Assembly: GCA_964631745.1 (NCBI GenBank)
Contig: CAZVWV010000022.1
Coordinates: 15,640 to 34,295, forward strand
Direction: 5' to 3'
Source: an uncultured Bdellovibrionales bacterium
GTDB taxonomy: Bacteria; Bdellovibrionota_C; UBA2361; JBGSMV01
DNA length: 18,656 nucleotides
The notes under the pieces are model-generated. The model was not told the origin of the DNA and searched no databases. It worked only from the letters and a program-made list of their open reading frames with translations. The translations under genes and the position numbers were made by a program. This document shows positions 7,646 through 15,091 of the stretch, in pieces (position 1 is the stretch's first letter; each line of letters begins with the position of its first letter).

Positions 7646-8233
7646 ATGAACGATAAAAAAAGTACGCCACTTAGAGAGAAAATGAAAGCGGATTTAATGC
7701 TTCGGAATTATTCTAAGCCTTCTGAAGAGTTATATCTGTTTCATGTCAGGCGCTTTGCACAACACTATCACAAATCCCCAGGACATCTTGGACTAGACGA
7801 GATCCGGAGCTACCTGACGTACCTGCGCCAAGAAGCCAACGTATCGCAGTCATCGTATAAGCAAACGGTGGCAGCGCTCAAAGACGGCAACGTCTCTTTC
7901 TCCTACAAAGATTACAGAACTAACGAAAAGAAATTGATGACGCTGCCTGCTGTAGAGTTTATTCGGAGATTTCTGCTGCATGTGCTTCCAAACAAGTTCG
8001 TGAGGGTGCGCTACTACGGGTTCCTGACCAGGGCAAAGAAACTTGCCGCTCTGAGCACTATTAGAGAGGCGTTGGAGACCCATTCTCAAGCCCCGCCACC
8101 AAAACCTGCCACTACGCCCCATAGACACTGCTGCCCGGCCTGCAAGCTCGGGAAATTGGTCCACATTGGCCAAGTCCCACGCTGTTCGATTCCAGGCACT
8201 AGTCCACCAGCGCAACATACAGCCCTTTCTTAG
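7646..8233 (+). pseudogene. Degenerate chimeric ORF: tyrosine-recombinase (IntI/Xer-type) SAM-like N-terminal domain joined to the C-terminal segment of an IS91-family (Y2 HUH) transposase
   Basis: Residues 8-80 (LREKMKADLMLRNYSKPSEELYLFHVRRFAQHYH...VSQSSYKQTVAAL) fit the recombinase N-terminal SAM-like domain. Residues about 100-175 (EFIRRFLLHVLPNKFVRVRYYGFLTRAKK ... CCPACKLGKL) fit the Y2-transposase C-terminus with its terminal Zn motif. No catalytic domain sits between them. Confidence 0.45.
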
Positions 8234-8267
8234 CCAATCGCTCTTAGCTATACTAACTTCAATCGTT

Positions 8268-8394
8268 GGAGGCTGCGCGGCCCAGTCCAACGGGGTGTCG
8301 AGCCGCGATTCTCAGGCGAGAACGCTGCGGCAAGTTGGCACTCCTTGGCTGATAATCGCGGCCCAACACTAAACATTATCCCCTTTAGGCAGCC
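8268..8394 (+). repeat. attC-like site, family 3 copy 1; it has an extended outer palindrome
   Basis: GCGCGGCCCA GTCCAAC ... GAGCCGCGATTCTCAGGCGA ... GGCTGATAATCGCGGCCC AACACTAAACATTATCC. About 80% identical to 14966-15086. The 10 nt outside R'' are the reverse complement of the 10 nt that follow R' at the cassette start (7382-7391). Confidence 0.55.
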
Positions 8395-8663
8395 AGTTTT
8401 CTCTTGAGAACCTTAATCTCATTTTCAATCTGTTCAAGTCTCGAGGCAGCCGTCACTTTATCCGACATGCTTTCACTCAGAGTCCTGTTAATTAGCCGCT
8501 GATAAGGAATTCCACTCTCATCAGCCATAGCTCTTAGCTTTGCAAGAGTTTCGGCATTGATATTGATTGTAATTTTTATGCTCTTCTGGCGAGCCATCGC
8601 AGAACGTATTCGCTTGGTTTCAGCCCTATCGATTTTAAGATTTTTTAGGTTTGGTTTTTTCAT
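8385..8663 (-). CDS. brnA: BrnA antitoxin (CopG/RHH-type)
   Basis: MKKPNLKNLKIDRAETKRIRSAMARQKSIKITININAETLAKLRAMADESGIPYQRLIN. Starts at the internal Met of the track ORF and overlaps the end of brnT by about 29 nt. Confidence 0.7.
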   Translation of the reverse strand: MKKPNLKNLKIDRAETKRIRSAMARQKSIKITININAETLAKLRAMADESGIPYQRLINRTLSESMSDKVTAASRLEQIENEIKVLKRKLAA

Positions 8664-8922
8664 TGTATATTCTCCTAAACTCTCGCCATTCGGCCGACCC
8701 ATAAATTCGTACTTTTCCTTCTCGCCTTGTAAACCGAGTCGTAAGTATCTTCCCCGAACTCGATCTCCCCAACCAATAAAAACGCTCCTCATCCTGAGAA
8801 TGCTTATCATCTCTGATGGCAAATCCATCAGGATCGGAAAAAGACTCCGCGGCTTCGGAAAAACTCACCTTGTGCTTCCTAAGGTTTTCTTTAGCTTTGC
8901 CGGCGTCCCACTCGAAATCCAT
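8635..8922 (-). CDS. brnT: BrnT toxin (DUF497 ribonuclease family)
   Basis: MDFEWDAGKAKENLRKHKVSFSEAAESFSDP...DDKHSQDEERFYWLGRSSSGKILTTRFTRREGKVRIYGSAEW matches the BrnT pattern (FEWD..K...N..KHGVSF.EA, HS..EERF). The toxin lies upstream of the antitoxin, as in BrnTA. Confidence 0.8.
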   Translation of the reverse strand: MDFEWDAGKAKENLRKHKVSFSEAAESFSDPDGFAIRDDKHSQDEERFYWLGRSSSGKILTTRFTRREGKVRIYGSAEWREFRRIYNEKTKPKKS

Positions 8923-9004
8923 ATAAGCATGATTACCATACCTATGTGTATTTTACCATATAAACTGTAAGTTGGTGAAGATTTATTTTTTGGTTCCACG
9001 CAGG

Positions 9005-9101
9005 GGATAACACCGACCTTAAACTGACCGCGCCCATTGATTAGGGTTGCCAGTATGGTACCATTATGGGGCGCGGCAGTTTAGGCCGCAAAACGTTAGG
9101 C
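9005..9101 (+). repeat. attC-like site, family 4 copy b
   Basis: GATAACACCGACCTTAAACTGACCGCGCCC ... GGGGCGCGGCAGTTTAGGCCGCAAAACGTTAGGC. Perfect R' GTTAGGC. Extra T and A in the left arm. Confidence 0.7.
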
Positions 9102-9120
9102 AGCCTACGGAGAGAAACTT

Positions 9121-9580
9121 ATGCGAATGGTCCTGGACGAGAATTTCAAAATATCCATCGAGGGACGGAATGATTTCGATGGACGAATCCTATTTCTGAG
9201 CAAGAACTCTGGAATTGCGAGGATTGGCAACAAGGGCTGGGATTTTCGCGATGCAATTTTAGGCAGTGGTGAGGATTTTGCCATCGAGCTAATGGCGAAT
9301 GGGCAAGCAGCAGCTACCTTATCGTTTGAAAGAAATTCAGGCCATTCGATCGCGGTCCCTAGAAAGGGCGATAAAAATTGAGAATTTTCAATTGAACCTC
9401 GACCCAAACACTGAAGAGTGGATTCTTGAAAGTAAACAACACAAGCATGGATTCGGACAGCGAATTGGTTCTCGGATCGTCCTTAACATTAACGACGAGC
9501 ATTTAGTTCAGGAAATGGCGGAGGTAGTGGCGTTGAGTTTTATTGCTATTCAAGGCTGGGGCGGAATGAAGGCTGCCTAA
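9121..9580 (+). pseudogene. Unknown cassette gene apparently split by a +1 frameshift at an A5 run
   Basis: ORFs 9121..9381 and 9299..9580 are in frames 1 and 2. They overlap around GGGCGATAAAAATTGAG (about 9368-9375). Joined they give a protein of about 152 aa. The TAA stop at 9578-9580 is embedded in the CCTAAC R'' box. Confidence 0.45.
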
Positions 9581-9675
9581 CATCCGAGTGCTCCCGACAG
9601 CGGGGCCGCGGTCTGCTTTAGTAGTTTGTATTGACTTGAAGGCCCCGCTGCGGGAGATTCGGCATCACGTTGGAC
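9575..9675 (+). repeat. attC-like site, family 1 copy B
   Basis: GCCTAAC at 9575-9581 is a perfect RYYYAAC. CCGAGTgCTCCCGACAGCGGGGCCGCG ... TTGACTTGAAGGCCCCGCTGCGGGAGATTCGGCATCAC GTTGGAC. Perfect R' at 9669-9675. Confidence 0.8.
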
Positions 9676-9750
9676 TGCAAGTATTTTTGATTAGGAAGTC
9701 TGCCCATGATACACTTTTTATTATTAATTTAACATAATAGAGGTATTATT

Positions 9751-10134
9751 ATGAACTCACCACAAATGGAGTTTGCAGGAAATATCGGCGGATTACAAAA
9801 CTTTCTTAGCCAGTGTTCATCGGCAGCTTTGGCGATGGCAATACAACCAGAAATAACAAAAATTATGCAAAATCAATCCTTGGATTCCAATGCACCTTTA
9901 ACAGTGGATCTACTAAACACCTTGAGGCAGAGCTTATACAGTCGAAATGACGATCCAGATGCAAGACAAACAGATATTTTAATGATACTGGCCGATGCCT
10001 TGCGTGGAAAGGGCGTTTCGTCAGGGAATCCTATCGAAGATAGACTGCGTTTTGTAGAAATACTTCAAGATCAATTACAACGAAACGGCAGAGTCAATTT
10101 TCAGAGAGCACTCGCAGAGTCTATAGCAAGATAG
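9751..10134 (+). CDS. Hypothetical cassette protein (127 aa)
   Basis: ATG preceded by a GAGG-like Shine-Dalgarno within an AT-rich leader. No family recognised. Followed by a candidate attC at 10148-10235. Confidence 0.4.
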   Translation: MNSPQMEFAGNIGGLQNFLSQCSSAALAMAIQPEITKIMQNQSLDSNAPLTVDLLNTLRQSLYSRNDDPDARQTDILMILADALRGKGVSSGNPIEDRLRFVEILQDQLQRNGRVNFQRALAESIAR

Positions 10135-10147
10135 TGCAGGCTAACAA

Positions 10148-10235
10148 GTGGGCGCACTGGAGGCAAAATCCTGGGGCTTTCTTAGGAATTTTGTGACTGT
10201 TATGATGATTTTGCCCCAGTGGTTCTAAACGTTAA
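10148..10235 (+). repeat. Candidate attC-like site, family 9
   Basis: GGCTAAC ... GCGCACTGGaGGC / GCCCCAGTGGTTC imperfect dyad, with one extra A in the left arm. R' is AAACGTTAACC. Confidence 0.4.
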
Positions 10236-10256
10236 CCCCTTTTAGCAGTAATACCC
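10235..10256 (+). repeat. 22-bp direct copy of the tip of the Tn3-family IRR (ACCCCTTTTAGCAGTAATACCC)
   Basis: Identical to 12822-12843 and in the same orientation. It starts 5 nt after a cassette boundary and 13 nt before the tnpA ATG. Confidence 0.5.
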
Positions 10257-10268
10257 CTCCTTGACCAA

Positions 10269-12743
10269 TTGATGGAACCAAATGACGCGAGTTCGGCGAA
10301 GCTCACACGGTATCAGCTTACGCTCATGAAGAAATTCGCTCACTCCATTGCGCCATCTGCAATAAAGGAAAATGTCGAGCAGCTTGTAGCGCTGCGTGAA
10401 CTTTACCTTGAGATTCGAGCAGTATTAGAAGAGCTTGATCTTACCCGCGAAGGCATTCGTTACTTTGCGACCTACGTTTTAAAATCGCCTACTTGGAGGC
10501 TTTCTGCAAGAGAGGACCATGACCGATACTTGCACATGATAACTTTTGTTGCTCATCAGTACTATCAACTTCAAGATATCCTTGTCGATGTTTTGCTCAG
10601 CTCTGTAACGGCAATTAACAACGGCGCACGTCGTGAGCACAAAGATGGTTGCTACGAACAGCGGTCTCAAAAAAATAGCTCCCTTGCAAATGTGATTGAA
10701 ACAGTTGAGAAACTTCTCTCTGGCTATGCTGAGATTCACGATATCTTGCACAAAAAGGGACTACACTCGGATAAAAAAATAGAGCTTATCAAGGCTCTAC
10801 TTGATGAAAATGAAGCTGCTATCCGTAACGCCAGAAAGCATGTCATTAACCTCAAACAGGCATCTCAGCAGGTGGTTGAGAATGATTTCTACGCAATTCT
10901 GGAATCAAAGTCGGTCAAACTTCAAAATAGAGTCGCAGGGATTGTAAAAACGCTTGAGTTTAGATCTGACTGCTCTGATAAGCTGCTCTACAGCGCCATA
11001 TGTCACTATAGAGAGCACGCTACCCTCACTGAATCTGCACCATACGATTTCTTAAGTCCGGTTGAGCAGAATCTCTTGCACAGAGACGGTGGAAAGTTTC
11101 GAGTTCCGCTCTATAAAGTGCTGCTCTTTGGAAGAATCGCTGAAGCAATTCGGGCCGGGACCCTTAACTTAGACCACTCATACAAGTATCGCACTTTAGA
11201 AGAGTATCTAATCGCGCGGTGCGCTTGGGATGAGGGAAAAGATGTCCTCATAGAGCGCGCAAGCCTCCAAGTTGTTGAGAACTGTCCTAAAGTGCTTACC
11301 GATCTTCAAACCCGCCTAGCGCAATATTATCAGCTTACAAATCAGCGAATTTTAGATGGCGGCAATGAATTTGTTTCGGTCAAAAGTACCGGCGCTTATA
11401 CCGTGCAAACCCCGCCAGTAGCCGAGAAGATGGCTCCTGGCCTGCCTGAGTACTTTCCAGAGACTAAATTTATTTCTCTGCTTGAAATCCTTTCCACAAC
11501 CAATCAAGTAACAAATTTTCTAGCAGAATTTAAACGCTCAAAATTAAAGTATAATCGCGCACGACCAAGCGATCGGTCCTTTTTTGCCGGTTTACTCGGA
11601 TTTGGGTGCGGCATCGGTATAAAAAGAATCGCTCAAATCTCAAACCTCATCGACGAAGATGAGCTTGAAAGAACCGTAAACTGGCATTTTTCTTTAGATA
11701 ATGTTGAAGCTGCCAACGATAGAATTTTAGCCTTCATGGATAAGCTTGATCTCCCCTCGGTTTATCTCCAAGACCCAGAGTGGCGGCACACCTCAAGTGA
11801 CGGCCAAAAGGTAGAGGTGGCCGTGCCTTCGCTTAATGCCAATTACTCGTTTAAATATTTCGGCCAAGGTAAGGGCGTGAGCGTCTATAGCTTCATTGAT
11901 GAGAGACATTTTCTCTTTCACTCAACGGTAATTAGCTCAGCGGAACGGGAGGCCGCATATGTAATCGACGGCTTGATGCACAATGATGTTGTACAGAGCG
12001 ATATTCATTCAACTGATACTCACGGCTATACTGAAGTAATATTTGGCGCGACGCATCTTTTGGGATTCATGTTCGCCCCTCGAATCAAGAGTTTAGGGCG
12101 ACAACACCTCTATACCTTTCCTGGCAATACAAAAAAGCTGTACAAAGAAATGAAATACCCTATCCTGCCAGATGGCGTTATCAACATTCAATTAATCGCA
12201 GATAACTGGGATGAAATTCTGCGATTCGTGGCTACCATCAAACTAAAAGAAACCCCTGCTTCGCAGCTATTTAGACGACTTAACTCATACTCAAAATCGC
12301 ACCCTTTATGGGACGCTCTCAAAGAGTTTGGAAAAATTATAAAATCGATTTTCATCCTTCACTACATCGACGATCTCAATCTTCGCCAGGCAGTTGAGAA
12401 GCAGATGAACAAGATCGAAAGTGCTCAGAAGTTTTCAAACGCCGTGGCGTTCGGATCACAAGAATTTAGGCAGGCAGACCGAGAGGAGCAAAATATTGTC
12501 GCTGCTTGTCGCAGGCTTATTAAGAACGCCATCATCTGTTGGAACTACCTATACCTTTCGCAAAAAATTGTAGATGCGCCGAGCCCAGCGCAGAAAAATG
12601 AAATTATTGATGCCGTTCAAAACGGCTCAGTGGTCGCATGGCGGCACATTAATTTCTACGGGGAGTATGATTTCTCAGATGAAAAGCTCAGGGATTCTGT
12701 TGGAATTACTGCCCCTTCGGTTAGGAGTCTTAGAGTGGCTTGA
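10269..12743 (+). mobile_element. tnpA: Tn3-family transposase TnpA, N-terminally truncated relative to full-length (~1000 aa) TnpA
   Basis: 824 aa. Family motifs: RYLHMITFVAHQYYQLQDILVDVLL; SSDGQKVEV; HSTDTHGYTEVIFGATHLLGFMFAPRIKSLGRQHLYTF (DDE region). The first ~170 aa, the N-terminal DNA-binding region, are absent. No resolvase or res site nearby. Confidence 0.85.
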
Positions 12744-12805
12744 AATTCAAAAATGGGAGGGTCGTTTTTGAGTTAAGTTGCTGATCTGGCATAAGAATTC
12801 GGAAA

Positions 12806-12843
12806 TTCTGTGGCGGTTTTCACCCCTTTTAGCAGTAATACCC
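12806..12843 (-). mobile_element. Tn3-family 38-bp terminal inverted repeat (IRR)
   Basis: Read from the tip it is GGGTATTACTGCTAAAAGGGGTGAAAACCGCCACAGAA. It shares GGG at the tip, GCT at 11-13 and GAAAAC at 23-28 with the Tn3 IR (GGGGTCTGACGCTCAGTGGAACGAAAACTCACGTTAAG). It lies 63 bp past the tnpA stop. Confidence 0.55.
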
Positions 12844-12968
12844 AACGTTCGCTAGCGCAGCTTCTTTGCTTTTCAGTACGCTCGAAAGCATCGCTACTCC
12901 CTGTTCCGAGAAGGAGTACGGAGGAGTCCTACGGCCGCCCCAAGATCTTGATATGCCAAATTGGCATT

Positions 12969-13172
12969 TCAAGTCGGCAAGTTCTTGATTTGACAGCCGA
13001 AACATAAAATCCCCGGGAATCGATCTTTGTTTCGCCTAACCGCACGATTTAAATGCCCCGTTTCGACACAATAGAGTTCAGCCAAATCGGAATCTAGCAT
13101 CACGCGCTGCCCTCTGATCAGATAAATCAGGCTAGAAATCTCTTTTTTGATAACTGCGCTGGTTTTTGGCAT
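12969..13172 (-). pseudogene. Truncated ORF6N-domain gene; paralog of 6722..7276
   Basis: [38 protein letters not shown] aligns to ORF6N copy 1 up to 'RFP', then diverges and terminates at 67 aa. Its family-2 attC is retained upstream. Confidence 0.6.
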
Positions 13173-13233
13173 ATATATGTGAGTTTACCTTTAGTCAATG
13201 GAGGCGCCAAGGTCATATTGCAACAACGGTGCT

Positions 13234-13330
13234 GGCTAACAATTGAATTCACGAGATTTCGCGCCACTACCTTTAGTAGTTGCTTTGACATCCAGTTGGC
13301 GCGAAACTCCTGATTCAACATCACATTATG
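13234..13330 (+). repeat. attC-like site, family 2 copy b
   Basis: GGCTAAC AATTGAATTCACGAGATTTCGCGCC ... GGCGCGAAACTCCTGATTCAACA TCACATTATG. Variant R' is CATTATG. Confidence 0.6.
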
Positions 13331-13362
13331 CGCCCGCTCCACTGCTCATAAATTTAGCTGTT

Positions 13363-13725
13363 ATGCTTAATTCCACCTCACGAAAAAATCTAGGTAAAAT
13401 ATTCTTATGTTTGGTCATTATTTGGGTGGCAAAAGAAGGATATGAGTGGACTCGTTGTTTCTGCAGTACGGCAACGGATACGCGGGTGCTGATTGCGCAG
13501 TGCACCGAAGTTAAAAGAGAACTTCAACTTTATAAAGACAAACATGGTGCTTGGCCTAGGTCCTTGTTCGATGCGGGTATTTGGCCCATTAGCTATTTTG
13601 GAATTTGGCGTTATCGCCCGTCCTCCCTAGATTTTGATGGCCCAATGTTGGAAATTGGTTGCAGCGGCTGGCATATAGTAGGAACCTCGCCTGATGAAAA
13701 TGGTGATTGCGGAGCTTGGGATTGA
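13363..13725 (+). CDS. Hypothetical small protein with one N-terminal TM helix (weak pseudopilin-like motif)
   Basis: IFLCLVIIWVA hydrophobic helix; AQCTEVKRELQLYKDKHGAWPRSL loosely resembles a GspG/pilin segment. I take the ATG at 13363 because the track's start lies inside the attC. No Shine-Dalgarno. Confidence 0.35.
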   Translation: MLNSTSRKNLGKIFLCLVIIWVAKEGYEWTRCFCSTATDTRVLIAQCTEVKRELQLYKDKHGAWPRSLFDAGIWPISYFGIWRYRPSSLDFDGPMLEIGCSGWHIVGTSPDENGDCGAWD

Positions 13726-13732
13726 GTGCTCG

Positions 13733-13832
13733 CATAACCACCGCGTTGAAGGGAAACGCGACTCGCGAGCGGATTTCGAAATTTTAAGCGTTTGAGTGGG
13801 GCGCGTCCCCATCAGGCGGCAACCCATTATGC
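13733..13832 (+). repeat. attC-like site, family 8
   Basis: GCATAACC ... TGAAGGGAAACGCGaCtCgCG / GAGTGGGGCGCGTCCCCATCA imperfect dyad. Variant R' CATTATGCGC, the same 10-mer as at 13323-13332. Confidence 0.45.
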
Positions 13833-13833
13833 G

Positions 13834-14043
13834 CTAGCGCTTCCTGAGCTTGTTAGGATCTCGGCGGCAGTGGAAAACTGATACGACCACGATATGTTCG
13901 GTTTCTATCGAGAAAAATACCCCGAAGGGAAACTTTTTTAGCAAACATCGGCGAAGATCGTCGAAAGCAACTGAATATAACATAGGAGTTCTTGCAATCT
14001 TTGCCAAAGCAACATCAAGCGACCGAATAAATTCCGATCCCAA
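13834..14043 (-). CDS. ParE/RelE-family toxin, short (possibly N-terminally truncated)
   Basis: ...DDLRRCLLKKFPFGVFFSIETEHIVVVSVFHCRRDPNK matches the ParE C-terminal core. The ORF begins at TTG with an in-frame stop just upstream. It leaves an 80-bp gap to the antitoxin and lacks the usual ~25-aa N-terminal helix. Confidence 0.6.
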   Translation of the reverse strand: MGSEFIRSLDVALAKIARTPMLYSVAFDDLRRCLLKKFPFGVFFSIETEHIVVVSVFHCRRDPNKLRKR

Positions 14044-14123
14044 ACCATGTGCTTGCGTTTCCTACCAACGCGCAGCGGCTTCTAGTTCAGCAGAAGCCTT
14101 TTGGGTAAATCTAATTTCCACAA

Positions 14124-14345
14124 TTAAAGGCTGATTTTCTGCTTGAGATCCGACCATGAAATGCCGGTATCGGGGTCTCTCCTATAATGCGCAAGTCTAG
14201 CGCGCAATTCCACTTTTTGGTCTTCGCTGAGCTCAAGTGAATCTGGGAGCTGCTCTATGCTGTCCCAAATATCCTGAACAAGTTGAATTCGCTCTGAAAC
14301 GCTTAAGCCAAGAATCTCTTCTAGAAGTTCCTTTTCTTTGGGCAT
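14124..14345 (-). CDS. Antitoxin, 'putative addiction module component' (TIGR02574-like), partner of the ParE-like toxin
   Basis: LSVSERIQLVQDIWDSIEQLPDSLELSEDQKVELRARLAHYRRDPDTGISWSDLKQKI fits the LSxEERLxLIxxLWDSL...AxLDRRLAxYxxDP pattern of this antitoxin family. Located upstream of the toxin. Confidence 0.65.
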   Translation of the reverse strand: MPKEKELLEEILGLSVSERIQLVQDIWDSIEQLPDSLELSEDQKVELRARLAHYRRDPDTGISWSDLKQKISL

Positions 14346-14364
14346 CTGAGTATTGTATAGCTAA

Positions 14365-14432
14365 GCGCATAACAACGCAATCAATAGACATTTTGCTTCG
14401 CAAAATGCTATTGATTGCGCGATACGTTGGAC
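14365..14432 (+). repeat. Short attC-like site (~68 bp), family 7
   Basis: GCATAAC AACGCAATCAATAGaCATTTTGC ttcg GCAAAATGCTATTGATTGCGCGAT ACGTTGGAC. Perfect R' GTTGGAC. Extra base in the left arm. Confidence 0.7.
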
Positions 14433-14515
14433 TGAGCCGCGCTGGCGCGCGGAGGGGTGTAATTGAAACATTTATGGTTGAATTGGAATGATTCGTAAGA
14501 GACGGTCATTTTTTG
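14433..14515 (+). repeat. Conserved cassette-start leader (second copy) with CCGCGC-N4-GCGCGG hairpin and a degenerate terminator
   Basis: TGAGCCGCGCTGGCGCGCGGAGG...GAATTGGAATGATTCGTAAGAGACGGTCATTTTTTG, against 7382-7465 TGAGCCGCGCAGTAGCGCGGAGG...GAATTTGAATCGTAAGAGTAAGACCGGCACCGACCGGTCATTTTTTTTT. Confidence 0.6.
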
Positions 14516-14965
14516 TATACGAGATTAGGTGAAACGCCACTTCATGGCGCTGAAGGCGTCTTGCCTGACTTTTAATTGCGAATAGCGAGAAGCCTACTAA
14601 TTTCACTTGATATCTTTTGAAGAGCTGGCAGCATTGCTTCCCAAAAAGAGAAGCGGGCCTGTCGCGACTGCTTACTTACGTGCAGTCAGGAATGGAGATT
14701 CCTTTTTTACCGCCAGGGATGGCGGCGCCGCTTTAGACATAAACTGAGAGCGCGAATTGTGCTCAGACTCGGTGGGTAGGCCGAAGGCTTTTTGAAAGAA
14801 AAGCTATATTTCTTGGGGTGGGTTGTGCCTAATTGCAAAACTGAGAGATTTTTTATTACGTTAAATCAAATAGTTATTACTCTCCACATAAAAAACGCTG
14901 ACCAATCCCCATAGGCATAATCAGGCGTTGATTAACTATCTGGTTCCTTCAATAATCAAACCATT

Positions 14966-15086
14966 GTAGGCAGCGCGGCACAGTCCAACCGGGTGTCGAG
15001 CCGCGCTTCTCAGGCGAAGTTGCGGCACTGACTTCTCCCGTTTTGGCTGAGAACCGCGGCCCAACACTAAACATTAGGCAGACAGA
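14966..15086 (+). repeat. attC-like site, family 3 copy 2
   Basis: GCGCGGCACA GTCCAAC CGGGTGTCGAGCCGCGCTTCTCAGGCGA ... GGCTGAGAACCGCGGCCC AACACTAAACATTAGGCAG. Confidence 0.55.
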
Positions 15087-15091
15087 GCATT

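Noticed and set aside
8268-8394. Family-3 elements read as attC sites in the opposite orientation, because their reverse complement ends in a perfect GTTGGAC
   Set aside because: Their forward reading has a perfect GTCCAAC R'' and the same CATTAxx-type R' used by other sites here. All other sites are forward. The apparent reverse match is explained by the 10-bp extension of the R-box palindrome into the cassette start.
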